Part shown: in pieces, positions 19,560-45,353 of the stretch
Layout: every line of letters starts with the position of its first letter
How positions within the stretch are numbered: the stretch's first letter is position 1
Origin: the human T2T-CHM13v2.0 reference genome, Homo sapiens
DNA: 64,000 bases
Strand: one strand, 5' to 3'
Assembly (NCBI RefSeq): GCF_009914755.1
Contig: NC_060943.1
The notes under the pieces: model-generated
What the model saw: the letters and a program-made list of their open reading frames with translations, nothing else
Databases searched by the model: none
What the model was told of the DNA's origin: nothing
Translations under genes and position numbers: made by a program

Positions 19560-21935
19560 GTCGTCAGCAAAGCCTGAGTCCTGTCCTCTTGCTCTCCTCC
19601 CTGGACAGCATAAGCTTCACCACTCACTCAACCTTCACCAATTACCAGTCCCTGGGCTCTGTCCAGGTGCCTGGCCAGTCAGCAGCACAGCCATCATCTA
19701 TGCAGGCATGGGGGGTTCTGGTTCCAGGATCTCCGTGTCCTGCTTCACCAGCTTCAAGGCCCATGGGGTTCAGGGGCCTGGCTGCGGGGATAGCCAGGGG
19801 TCTGACAGGAATGGGAGGCATCCAGAACGAGAAGACCATGCAGACCCTGAACTACTGCCTGGCCTCCTACCTGGACAGAGTGAGGAGCCTGAGGACCAAG
19901 AACCGGAAGGTGGAGAGCAAAATCTGGGAGCACCTGGAGAAGATGGGACCTCAGGTCAGAGACAAGCCATTACTTCAAGACCATCAAGGACCTGAGGGCT
20001 CAGATCTTCACAAATACTGTGGACAATGCCCACATCGTTCTGCAGATCGACAGTGTCCGTTGTGGGGAAAAGAAAGAGAGATCAGATTGTTACTGTGTCT
20101 ATGTAGAAAAGCAAGATAGAAGAAACTCCATTTTGATCTGTACTAAGAAAAATTGCTTCTGCTTTGAGATGCTGTTAACCTGTAACTTTAGCCCCAACCC
20201 TGTGCTCACAGAAACGTGCGTAATGAATCAAAGTTTAATGGATTTAGGGCTGTGCAGGATGTGCCTTGTTAACAATATGTTTGCAGGCAGTATGCTTGGT
20301 AAAAGTCATTGCCATTTTCCATTCTAAATTAACCAGGGACACAATGCACTGTGGAAAGCTGCAGGGACCTCTGCCCAAGAAAGCCTGGGTATTGTCCAAG
20401 GTTTCCCCCCACTGAGACAGCCTGAGATATGGCCTCATGGGAAAGGAAAGACCTCACCATCCCCCAGCCTGACACCCATAAAGGGTCTGTGCTGAGGATT
20501 AGTGAAAGAGGAAGGCCTCTTTGCAGTTGAGATTAGAAGAAGTCTTCTGTCTCCTGCTCATCCCTGGGAATAGAATGTCTCAGTGTAAAGCTGGCCATTC
20601 CCATTCATTCTCTTCTGAGATAGGAGACAACCGCCCTGTGGCTAGAGGCAAGATATGCTGGCAGCAGTACTGCTCTGTTGCTGTTTGCTATACTGAGATG
20701 TTTGGGTAAAGAGAAACATAAATCTAGCCTACGTGCACATCTGGACACAGTACCTTTCCTTGAACTTATTCATAATACAGATTCCTTTGCTCACATGTTT
20801 CCCTGCTGACCTTCTCCCCACCTGTTGCCCTGTTACACTCTCCTCGCTAAGATAGTAAAAATAATGATCAATAAATACTGAGGGAACTCAGAGGCTGGCG
20901 CCAGTGTGGGTCCTCTGTATGCTAAGCACTGGTCCCCTGGGCCCACTGTTCTTTCTCTGTACTTTGTCTCTGTGTCTTATTTCTTTTCTCAGTCTCTCAT
21001 CCCACCTGACAAGAAATACCCACAGGTGTGGAGGGGCTGGCCCCCTTCAGTCCATCTTGCTGCTGATGACTTTAGACCCAAGTGTGAGACAGAGCTGGCC
21101 ATGTGCCAGTCTGTGGAGAGCAACATCCATGGCTTTGCAAAGTCATTGATGACACCAATGTCACTCGGCTGCGGTTGGAGACAGAGATCAAGGTTCTCAG
21201 GGAGGAGCTGCTCTTTATGAAGAAGAACCACAAAGAGGAAGTAAAAGGACTACAAGCCAAGGTCGACAGCTCTGGGTTGACCAGGGAGGTAGTTGCCCCC
21301 AAAGCTCAGGACCTTGCCAAGATCATGGCAGACATCCAGGCCCAATACGACGAGGTAGCTCAGAAGAACCGAGAGGAGCTGGACAAGTACCAGTCTCAGC
21401 AGATTGAGGAGAGTATATAGTGGTCACCACGCAGTCCACCAAGGTTGTAGCTGCTGAGATGATGCTCACAGAGCTTAGATGTACAGTCCAGTCCTTGAAG
21501 ATCGACCTGGACTCAATGAGAAATCTGAAGGCCAGCTTGGAGAACAGCCTGAGGGAGGTGGAGGCATGTTAAGCCCTGCAGATGGAGCAGATCAACAGGA
21601 TCCTGCTGCACCTGGAGTCAGAGCTGGTACAGACCCTGGCAGAGGGGCAGTACCAGGCCCAGGAGTACAAGGCCCCGCTGAACATCAAAGTCAAGCAGGA
21701 GGCTGAGATCGCCACCTACCACCGCCTGCTGGAAGATGGCGAGGACTTCAATCTTGGTGATGTCCTGGACAGCAGCAACTCCAAGCAAACCATCCAAAAG
21801 ACCACAACCCGCCAGATGGTGGATGGCAAAATGGTGTCTGAGACCAACAACACCAAAGTTCTCAGACATTAAGCCAGCAGAAGCAGGGTACCCTTTGGGG
21901 AGCAGGAGGCCAATAAAAAGTTCAGAGGTAAAAAA
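19560..21935 (+). pseudogene. KRT18P40: Keratin 18 processed pseudogene, near full length, interrupted by a solo LTR5; probably KRT18P40 by position
   Basis: Intronless KRT18 mRNA copy from the 5'UTR (gcaaagcctgagtcctgtcc). The start codon is mutated to ATA (19610-19612). Rod peptides [22 protein letters not shown] and EIATYHRLLEDGEDFNL are present with frameshifts and stops. Stop at 21872, AATAAA at 21912. The pseudogene number is from memory. Confidence 0.9.
20061..21049 (+). mobile_element. HERV-K(HML-2) solo LTR (LTR5A/LTR5B-like)
   Basis: TG...CA termini (tgtggggaaaagaaagagagatcag ... ggggctggcccccttca), 989 bp, 6-bp TSD GTCCGT/GTCCAT. Confidence 0.93.
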
Positions 21936-22370
21936 TAAAAGAACAGAATTCTATTTACAATAGCCAAAAACAAAAAATAACATACTTAGGAATACATTAA
22001 ACGAAGGAGGTAAAATATCGCTACAAAGAAAACACACTGCTGAAAGAAATCAGACAAAACACAAATAAATGGAGAAGCATTTCATGCTTATGAATTTGAA
22101 GATTTAATATAATTAAAATGTCCATGCCACTTAAAGCAACCTGCAGATTTTTATTCCTATCAAACTATCAGTGCCATTTTTATAGAAATAGGGAAAAAAG
22201 CTATTCTAAAATTTATATGGAAGAATAAAAAAAGCCAAAATAGCCAAGGCAACATTAAACAAACAAACAAAATAAAACCTGGAGGCCTCGAATTACCTGA
22301 CTTCAAACTGTGCTACAAGCTACAGTAATCGGTATAACATGGTCGTGGTACAAAAATATACATACAGACT

Positions 22371-22715
22371 ATATTGGTACATTTTTATGCTGCTAATAAA
22401 GACACACCTGAGACTGGGTAATTTATAAAAGAAAGGTTTAATTGACTCACAGTTCCATATGACTGGGGAGGCCTCACATTCATGATGGAAGCCAAAGGGA
22501 AAGCAAGACATGGCAGCAGGCAAGAGCAAGCATGTGCAGAAGAACTCCCTTTTATAAAACCATCAGATCTTAAAAGACTTATTCACGACCCAGAGAACAG
22601 CATGGGAAAAACCCACCCCCATGATTTAATCACCTCCCACCCAGACCCTCCAATGACATGTGGGGATTATTACAATTCAAGGTGAGATTTGGGTGGGGAC
22701 ACAGAGCCAAACCAT
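22371..22715 (-). mobile_element. MaLR LTR (THE1/MST-type)
   Basis: gctgctaataaagac...cctgagactgggtaatttata...gagatttgggtggggacacagagccaaacca. Confidence 0.85.
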
Positions 22716-23338
22716 GTGGAACAGAAGAGAGAGCCCTGAAATAAAGCTACACTCCTACAACCTACTTTTGACAAAGTCAACAGAAATAAAAAGAAAATAA
22801 CTCCCTATCTAATAAATGATACTGGGAAAACTCGTTAGTCATATGCAGAAGAAGAAAAAAAACTCTTCCTCCCACCATATAAACAATATATCTCAATATA
22901 GTTTAAAGACTTAACTGTGAGACTTCAAGCTATTAAAACTCTAGAAGAACATGCAGAAAGTACTCTTCTAGACACAGGGCTCTAGAAAAAAAATTATAAC
23001 TAACACCTTAGAAGTTAATGCAACAAAAATAAAAACATGTTGAGGTTGTGGAGAAAAGGGAATCTATATACACTGTTGGTGGAAATGCAAATTAATTCAG
23101 CCCCTGTAGAACACAGTTTGAAGATTTCTCAAATAGCTAAAAATAGAATAGCTATTTGGCCCATTAATCGAATTACTGGGTATATACCCAAAGAAAAAAT
23201 TATTTCACCAAAAAGACACTGGCACTCACATGTTTACTGCAGCACTATTCACCATAAAAAAAGACAGAATTAAAGTAGGTACCCATGAATCTTAGATTCA
23301 TGTTCTTTGTTAATTTGCTTAGAATAAAGGCCTTCTGC

Positions 23339-23773
23339 CAGCTTGGAGGACAGCCTGAGGGAGGTGGAAGCCCACTATGCCCTGCAGATGGAGCACCTCA
23401 ATGGGATCCTGCTGCACCTGTAGTCAGAGTTGGCACAGGTCCAGGCCCAGGAGTACAAGGCCCTGCTCAACATCAAAGTCAAGCAGGCCCAGGAGTACAA
23501 GGCCCCGCTGAACATCAAAGTCAAGCAGGAGGCTGAGATCACCACCTACCGCCGCCTGCTGGAAGATGGCAAGGACTTCAATCTAGGTGATGCCCTGGAC
23601 AGCAGCAACTCCATGCAAACCATCAAAAAGACCACCACCCGCCAGAGAATGGATGGCAAAGTGCTGTCTGAGACCAATGACACCAAATTGAGACATTAAG
23701 CCAGCAGAAGCAGGGTACTCTTTGGGGAGCAAGAGGCCAATAAAAACTTCAAAGGTCAAAAAAAAAAAAAAAA
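23339..23773 (+). pseudogene. Second, 5'-truncated KRT18 processed pseudogene
   Basis: 3' part of the KRT18 mRNA with AATAAA and a poly(A) tail. Perfect 18-bp TSD AGAATAAAGGCCTTCTGC (23321-23338 / 23774-23791). Confidence 0.93.
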
Positions 23774-24475
23774 AGAATAAAGGCCTTCTGCTGCATCCAT
23801 GTTGCTGCAAAGAACATCTTTTTCTGTGGTTTCTTAGTATTGCACGGTATATACGTATTTCAGATACTACATGTTCTCCCTTATAATTGGGTGCTAAACA
23901 TTGGGTGAACATGGAAACAATAAATGCTGGGAGTTCTTAAAAAAACTGCCAAGACCAGCATTGAAAAACTACTTATCAGGTATGAGGTACACTACTTGGA
24001 CAATGGAATTATTAAGTGCCCAAACTTCGACATCAGGCAGTATACTTATGTTACAAATCTGCCCATGTACCCTCATGAATCTAAAATAAAAATAATAAAA
24101 TGCTTTGTGGTATAATGGCATGTTATATTTCTCCAGTTCTGGGTTAATAGTTGAAATTAGGAGTGAAAGACACAGAATTATGTCCGTTTTGGGTACAGAG
24201 GTGAATGTTTTTATACCTGGTCGCCCCACGTTTTATGAGCTAACGTCTCTGAAAACCCTTGGTTTATAGCCCAAAAAGTGTCTTATCCCCAAGTATGCAG
24301 CTAAAATAAATGGCCACATCTTTATATTGTATTTATTAACTGTACACTAGATTATAATTTGTCACTCTACTCTTTTTGGGGAAAAAATGGTTTAATCACA
24401 TTTCTCTTTTAGAATAAACCATTTTTGAAAATGTGAGGCTGTGAAAATCATGTTAAATTCCTGAATTAGGAAAAT

Positions 24476-24770
24476 AATTTTTTTTCTTTTTTGTGGAGTC
24501 TAGCTCTGTCACCCAGGCTTGAGTCCAGTGGCGTGAACTCAGCTCACTGCAACCTCTGCCTCCCAGGTTCGAGCAATTCTTCTGCCTCAGCCCTCTGAGT
24601 AGCTGGGATTACAGGCACCTGCCACCATGCTCAGTTAATTTTTGTATTTTTAGTAGGGATGGGGTTTTGCCATGTTGGCCAGGCTGGTCTCAAACTCCTG
24701 ACCTCAGGTGATCTGTCTGCCTTGGACTCCCAAAGTTCTGGAATTACAGGTGTGAGCCACTCCACCTGGC
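24476..24770 (-). mobile_element. Alu (AluSx-like)
   Basis: Full reverse Alu. Confidence 0.9.
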
Positions 24771-25166
24771 AAGAAAACATTTATTTTTAAGCATAAAAGT
24801 CTTATGGTCATAGACCAAAAATGACAAAGTACACGGTATGGGTTATTTATGACCACACTGCTGCAACCACTCTATCACAACCATTCTGGTGAAATAATAA
24901 TAATAATAATAATGGATTAGAAGGTACTTTTAGAATATCTTTCTGATTCTATTGCAATGTTAAATTCTTGTCTTTATTATTTGTCATATAGAAGTCTGTA
25001 CTTCAACAAAAGATGCCAAGAATTTCAAGTTAATATCCTCACACATATATTCTCACTAGAAGGGCACTGGTGTGTTTGCAATCAGGGTGGAGCATTTCTG
25101 GCTTTGCTTGTGCTACTTTGATTGTCTAAAATAGAAAGACAGGAAGTAAAGTGGAGTCAGCCATGA

Positions 25167-25551
<385 letters not shown>

Positions 25552-25599
25552 TGTTATTTTACTATATTTATTTTTAAAATTGTAATTCATTTATCCTGA

Positions 25600-31970
<6,371 letters not shown>

Positions 31971-31972
31971 GG

Positions 31973-32035
31973 TGTGATGGTTAATACTGAATGTCAACTT
32001 GATTGGATTGAAGGATACAAAGTATTTATCCTGGG
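31973..32035 (+). mobile_element. MLT2 (ERV-L LTR) 5' fragment
   Basis: tgtgatggttaatactgaatgtcaacttgattggattgaagga is the MLT2A start. Confidence 0.7.
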
Positions 32036-32521
32036 AATTGAGAAAATAACAAATTATCCCATAACATTTACTAATTATCTGAAGATAGATCCTCAGAAAA
32101 TATATTACTGGGTTAAATGATGTCTATGTAAACTGTTCACAGTTACAGCCAGATGACTTTCCAAAAGGGCTGTAGCAGGTCCATCGGCGCTGGCATTCTC
32201 TGATGCACCTGCTGCTCTGTATCTAAGCTCTCCTGCATATTACATTCTTTTAATTTTTGTTGTCAGTTTGTGTCTATATGGCAAATAAAATCTCATTGTC
32301 CCTTTCACTTTCAGTTTTTAAACTGACACTTTTGAGTCACCTTTCAGTTGTTTAAGACCTATTAAGATTTTCTCTTTTTTGAGTCATCTGCTCAGATCTT
32401 TGGCCCTGTGATGGGCATTCTCCCACCCTGGAGTTTTCCAGCATTTGCCCCTTTGCCAGTTCTGGGATTGTTGTAGTTATTTCTCCAGACTCCCTTTAAT
32501 ATTAAAGAAAAAAAAGCAATT

Positions 32522-32842
<321 letters not shown>

Positions 32843-33872
32843 CTATGGAGGACCAATAAAATCTCAGAGAAGTGAGCTCGACATAAAGCAAAGAAAATAG
32901 ACTCGCTTTCAGAATTTTTGACATTTTTGCCTTTTTAGTAAATTATCAACACTTTGGAAATTATGTTTTATTTCAATATTTTTCTTTTCTTTGCAAAATA
33001 GGTATACACCCAAACTCACACAAACACAATTACTTACTCCGTAACTCCTTTACTTCTAAGATTTATCCTTAGAGGAATATATTTGTATATTTTATCCTTG
33101 TAAAACAAGACTATCAGTCTGCATATATTTTGCAAGTCAGAAAGGTGACATGTGCAAAAAAAAAAGTGGAATAAAATTTTGTAAATACTCATTCAATATT
33201 CAGAAATACATGGCTTTAAATTGTACTTTTATATAATCTTCATTATTACCATTATAATGGCCCTGTAGTTACAAAAAGAATAAAAATATTACCAATAGAA
33301 ACAATATTCTTTAAACTGTTTGATGTTTAAAGTTATTGAAAAAAGGGATCCCTAAAAATGTTATTCAACTATGTTAACCAATAGTGTATTGTTACCATCT
33401 GTTACCTACAAGCTTCAGTTAGGTTGGATAGGTTAACACTGGTAAAAAAATAATACTTTGTTCAATGCACAATAGTAGAAACAAAAACAATTATGCTTAA
33501 TTAAAACAAATTAAGTTCACACAGAATCTAAATTTTTTTTTAAATCCACTGTATCTTATTATTTTAATAAGCAATTGGAAAAACAACATGAATTGAAGAT
33601 CTAAAATGTTTCTCCCTTACTATAATGCATGGAATCTTACTCTAAAAACCTACCCCATGTATCACATGCTGTTGTTAATCAACCACAAAGCACTTCTCCA
33701 CTTAGAATCTCTTGATATATCTTACATTTCAGTGTCTATGAAAAACTATGTGAATGATGCTTGTCTAATAGAGATGTGCCTCTTATAGGTCTGATGAAGC
33801 AAAAACTAACCATGTGCTTTTGTATACACACGAAGAATGAAGGCATAACAAGTGATCTAAGAGTTGAATTGC

Positions 33873-34194
<322 letters not shown>

Positions 34195-34494
34195 TCAAGA
34201 ATTTTAATTTTTTAATGCAAAAAGTATGCTTTGAATGTAATTATAACTCTCCAGAAGAAAAATCAATCTCCTCCTTTTAAATGTACATACAAATAAATTA
34301 ATTTTTTGGTAATTCTTTATAGAAACAAAGTCTTGCTGTGTTACCCAGGCTGGTCTCAATCTCGTGGGCTCAAGTGTTTTTTTCACCCTAGCCTCCCAAA
34401 GTGCTGGGATTACAGACATGAGCCATGGCACCTGGCCTTCAGCAATTTTCTAAGCTTCCCAATGACACAGTATATTGTAAAAATATACACGGTA

Positions 34495-34769
<275 letters not shown>

Positions 34770-34770
<1 letters not shown>

Positions 34771-34952
34771 TATATATATATACACATATATAATATATAC
34801 ATGTGTACATATATATAATATATACATGTGTACATATATAATATATACATGTGTACATATATACAATATATACATGTGTACATATATAATATATGTATAT
34901 ATAATATATACATGTGTACATATATATAATATATGTACATATATTATATATG
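34770..34952. repeat. AT-rich minisatellite (about 22-24 bp unit, atatacatgtgtacatatatata)
   Basis: Directly visible tandem copies in the Alu tail position. Confidence 0.9.
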
Positions 34953-35024
34953 CAATAAATACATTAAGCTACATTACCATAAGAAATTTGGTCATGTAGT
35001 GTTTAAATTACCTATCTCAATTTA

Positions 35025-35378
<354 letters not shown>

Positions 35379-35912
35379 TTACATTTACAGAGGTACTTAG
35401 TGTTCTGATAAAGTTACTGAGTACAAATATCTCTAGAAACACATCTGAAACCATCACAGAATAGAAAGTCATAAAGTAGAAAACTCACATCTTTATCTGG
35501 TGTTCTTGCGATTTTGAAACCAAATTTCAATATCACTACTGCTTTCACACATTTCAGCAATGATGTAGAAAGGATTTAAAATAGTTTCATACAGAGTTTC
35601 TCTAAAAGACAAATAGTCTCATGTCCCCCAATAGCAATGGAAGACCTGTCAGATTATTCAACCTCTTATAAACCATAAGATGGACTTCAGCTCTAAGTAT
35701 AAGCTTGAAGGAAGATTAAATTAAAGTAGAATTCTTGGGGGATTTAAGACCATGGGACAGAAGCTGCCCCACTGTTTGGGTATGAGAAAAAAAATCAGGC
35801 ATTTTAGAAACTATTTCCATTGCAGCAGACCTTCCTAAACCACATTTTATGGTCTGGCTTTCTTCTTCACCTTTGGACCTCAGCTGTGTCATCTTCTTTC
35901 ACTCCCACCTAC

Positions 35913-36007
35913 CTAGGTGCTGGCTATGGTCTCTTGTCTTTCTAAATTCCAAGATTCTTTCCTTTGCTTCAGAGAGTTGATCAGGCCCAGATTAGACACA
36001 GCAAGAT
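35913..36007 (-). pseudogene. Degenerate KRAB-B exon
   Basis: Acceptor aataagacag, then a 95-nt exon (canonical 96) reading LAVSNLGLINSLKQRKESWNLERQETIAST* (compare IAVSKPDLITCLEQGKEPW), then donor gtaggtgggagtgaaag. Confidence 0.85.
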
Positions 36008-36356
36008 CTGTCTTATTAGAAAAAGGAAACATGAGTTTTGCTGGATTCTCCAATTACCAGACTAGTACTTTGTACTGTGCTTACTAAAGAAAAAGAATAT
36101 TACAGATAATGTAAAGTTAATATCAAAATACCTTTTCTTCGACAGAATCTTTAGAATATTTAGAAAGTATTTTAAATTTGTGGGTCCTTAGCTCACTACC
36201 CAGTAGTACTACTGAATCAAAAGCTGGTGGTGAAAATTGGATTTTAAAATATGAGCAACATTTTATGCTACTAAATTTCTATAATTACCACTAAACTAGA
36301 GTGAAGAATGTCAATCATTCAAGAAAAAAAGGTTAATCTCAAAATAAAACATATTG

Positions 36357-36758
<402 letters not shown>

Positions 36759-36844
36759 AAAAAAATTCTTTTTTTATACTAACAAATTCCCCAAATTTTC
36801 TAGACAGCAGGGATCTAAAACTATTCATTGAAAGCAAAATTATG

Positions 36845-38110
36845 TTTAGGAATATGGAGCATATTTTTATGTTTGTTGGCTTCTTGTAAGTTTTCTTTTG
36901 AGAAGTATCAGTTTATGTCTTTTGCTCATCTTTGTGGGGTTATTTATTCTTCTTTAATTAATTTTTTTATAGGTTCTGGAAATTAGACTTGTCAAATGCA
37001 TAGTTTGCAAACATTTACTCTCATTCTGTAGGTTGTCTGTTTACTCTGTTGATAGTTTCTTTTGCTGTGCAGAAGCTCTTTAGAATAGTTAGGAAGTTGG
37101 GAAATTGTCACTTTTTGTTTTTCTTGCTTACTTTTGGAGACTTAGTCAAAAATTCTTTGCCAAGGCCAATGTCAAAAAAGATATTTAGTAGGTTTTGTTG
37201 TAGGATTTTTATAGTTTGATGTCTTAAATTTAAATCCTTAATTCATCTTGTGTTAATTTTTGTATATGGCAAATTGTAGGGGTTCAGTATTATCTAGTAT
37301 TTTTTTCCGCATACGGTTAGCTGGTTATCCCAGCACCATTTATTAAATAGACAGTCTTATTTCCATTGCTTATTTTTGTCAATGTTGTCAAAAATTATAT
37401 GGCTGTAGGTGTGTAGCTTTATTTCTGAGTTTTGTATTCTGTTCCACTGGTCTCTGTCTGCTTTTATACCAGTAATATGCTTCTTTGGTTCCTGTAGCCA
37501 TATAGTATAGTTTAAATTTGGGTAGAGTGCTGTCTCTGGCTTTGCTCTTTTTGCTTAAGATTGTTTTGGGTATTTATGCTCTTTATTGTTTTATATAAAT
37601 TTTAGAATAGTTTTTTTTTTAATTCTCTGAAAAGTTTTATTGGCAGTTTGATAGAGATAGCATTGAATCTGTAGATTAATTTGGCCAATGGGGTCATTTT
37701 AATATTGATTCTTTTAATCCATGTGAATATAATGTACTTCCATTTGTTTATGTCATCTATGATTTCTCTTAGCAGTATTTTGTAGTTCTCTTTGTGATAA
37801 TTGTTCACCTCCTGGGTTATATGCATTCTTAGGTATTTTTTTGTGGCAAGTTAAATGGGATTGAGTTCTTGATTTGGCCCTCAGCTTCAATAATATTGGT
37901 GAATAAAAATGACTTTTGCGTATTGACTTGGTATTCTGAAACACTACTGAACTTGCTGATAAGTTCCAGGAGCTCTTTAGTAAAGTTATTAGGTGTTTTT
38001 AGGTATCAAATTAGATAATCCATAGAAAGAGATAGTTTGACTTTTTTTCCCGTAATTTGGATGCCTTTTATTTCTTGTTCTTGACTGATTGTTCTGACGA
38101 GAACTTTCTA
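36845..38110 (-). mobile_element. L1 ORF2 fragment (old L1P/L1M)
   Basis: Antisense ORF2 motifs (ctgtgcagaagctctttag, cccagcaccatttattaaatag). Minus-strand ORF ENYKILLREIIDDINKWK is ORF2-like. Confidence 0.85.
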
Positions 38111-38354
38111 TTATTAATATTTTGTCATTAAAAGTGAATAAAAATTCTATCACTCTCCTGCTTCTACTTCCCTTAACTCTTACATTACAGCCAAAAGAAA
38201 TCTTTACATTTCTCATTTTATTACAATAAAAATATGTATTTTACCAGAAAAATAAAACAAGAATATGGTTAAAAAAAACCCAAAACATATATCAAATTTA
38301 AAATTTTCTACAATAAAATAAAATCGATTGAAACATGTAAAATAAAAGAAAGCA

Positions 38355-42904
<4,550 letters not shown>

Positions 42905-42929
42905 TCATGTATGTGTACCTTCCTTTTTA

Positions 42930-42930
42930 C

Positions 42931-42965
<35 letters not shown>

Positions 42966-43085
42966 TTCTTCTTCTTCTTCTCCTTCTTCTTCTCCTTCTC
43001 CTCCTCCTCCTCCTTCTCCTCCTCCTCCTCCTTTTTCTCCTCCTCCTCCTCCTCCTCCTCTTCTCCTTCTCCTGCTGCTGCTGCT
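42930..43085. repeat. Compound (CTT)n-(CCT)n-(CTG)n microsatellite
   Basis: Directly visible trinucleotide runs. Confidence 0.95.
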
Positions 43086-45353
43086 TTTTTGGATTCTTCT
43101 GCTTCTGTTTTCTTTTTCTCTTTGCTATTATGTACATGCCCACCAAGAACATGCTAGGTATGGGGATTTCTGCACAGATGTTCAAGTGTTTTATGAGATG
43201 CCTTCCAGGAGGTAGAATCCTTTATGTAAGATCATGTGTCTTTCCACGCTTGATACATATTTTAAAATTATCTTTCAAAAGGTAATTGGCCATTTATACT
43301 CCTTACAAGCATGCACAAAACAGCAGGTTTCCTCTGATAACATAGAGACCGTATTAAGGAACATTTAAATTTCCAAACTGATGGTCACACAAACTCATAT
43401 ATTTTGTAATTATTTTTTAACCACCATTAAAGTTGGATGCCTCTTTATGTAGACAATGACAATTTTTACTTCTTTTACTGTGAAATGTTATTATAGGTCC
43501 CGTGTCTTTTTGTAATTAAGTTTGTAATTTTGCTCTTAATTTTTAGGGGTGGCTAACACCTTTTATTTGAACACCATATCTCCCACATCATTCTAGCAGG
43601 GTAGTGCCTATCCACAAATCCTGAGAATAGATTTGTTCTGAATCTGCTGTCATGAGTTAGCAAGAAGTCAATAAACCCAGAGTGTCATCCATCCGCCTAG
43701 CAGGGCCTCTTATCAAGTCATGAACTGGTTTCTCTCTTAATTCATGAACAGCTGAAGAACTGAAGGTGGATTTATTAATTGGCCCCATGCTTTACCTAAC
43801 CACTTGGGCCAGGACTCAACCCTCTTTGCCAAGCTGACTATCAACAGGCTTGAAGTTTGCTCTCATAATGTACCCTAGTGTGCCACCAAGACACCTGTCC
43901 TGGCCACTACAACTTGTCTTATGGTTGTCTTGGTATAAATGCAAACTCAGATTGCTTGCTGTCGAGCATATATGTGGCCAGGACAGCAAATCTAGCATTC
44001 AGGAATGAGGCAAGAGGCCTTCCCAGACTCCCAAATGAACTTTTCAGAATTTTCCAAAAATGCTGAGACTCAGTACTTTCCAGACCCCACTCTCCAAAAG
44101 AATCATAGATGGGATCTGGGAACCATTCAGACACTCAAGCCTCCTCTGCAGTGAAAATGAACTTGGACCTAAAGAGGCAACCCTTTGTCCACAGGTCACC
44201 AAGAATGCTGAGCATCGATCACCTCCCTCCCCATGGGAGACCTTACCTCAGTTCCATCAAAGCCCATATTGTTTCCCAACCTCCACAATCCAGACATGTT
44301 CTAGAGTAAACTCTCAGAATTGTCTTGAGATGGGACAAGGGCTGGTGGAGCTCCAGGTTCAGAATGGCGGCATCATTTTCCCTCCTGAGAAGTTTGCACC
44401 TGCTGATCAGAGCCCTTACCTCTTAGGGGGCTTAGCCCATGTCCAAGGAAGTAACCCCTAACTGGATCTCCCAGTCTCTTCCTCCTCTAAGGAGAGTGCC
44501 CATGAGACCCTCTATGCTAGGGAATACATGACCTCCATTCTTACGTAACTTGGTTGACTGATAAACGGATACCCTGAGAAACAAGAAGATGCAGGGAACA
44601 TCTTGGTTCTGGTTAATCTGTGCTCCTTAGCTGAGGTGCCTGTGCAAATGCTGGAACCCAAAATAATATTGGGTGGTAGACACACAGACACTGCCTAATA
44701 AAATTATGTAAGTTTATGTTTAACATAAATAGAATTTATAATGTTATATAAAAATGTTGCTACTTAATTTTATAAGAAAATTCAGTCAGATTTTTATAAA
44801 GGCATTACAATCTAATTTTAATGAGAAGCTATGAAAATTATGTACACTTGGTGTGTAAATGACTGAGTTTTGGGTAATTCTGCAAAGGCCAACTATGAAT
44901 GTGAGTCATTGTTAACCAAATGCTCTTACAGATACCATATTGCACACCTGTTTTAATTTGTTCTTTTACCTGAGGTCAATTTTTCATAATTTTAATTATC
45001 AAATTTTATACACTTTAGATAAAAGAAACCTTTGCAGTTACCATGTACTCTGTTGGTCTGTAGTTTGTTAGAAATACAAAATTTCAGACAAGATACAGGT
45101 ATGTTGTATCAAAACCTGGATTTTATGTATTTCCAGGTGATTCACATGCACATTAATGGTTGTTATGTTGGAGTAATTCTATTCTTAAAAGGGGAAATAA
45201 TTATATGGGTGTACTGGTTTGTCTAAAAGGTATAACTAAGATGGTACGTTTCAGTGCCTATACATCCTATCTCACACACACACACACAAAAACTGAGAAA
45301 AAAGTGGAAATGGGGAATAGATTGAAGTAGAGATTAAACAAAAATGACACATA

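Larger units (their letters stand above)
18420..24100 (+). mobile_element. Old L1 (L1PB/L1MA-like) ORF2 and 3'UTR, host of both KRT18 retrocopies and a MaLR LTR
   Basis: Sense ORF2 motifs (agagactactatgaaca, caaagtctcaggatacaaaatt) resume after each insertion. The 3' end is atgtaccctcatgaatctaaaataaaa. Confidence 0.8.
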
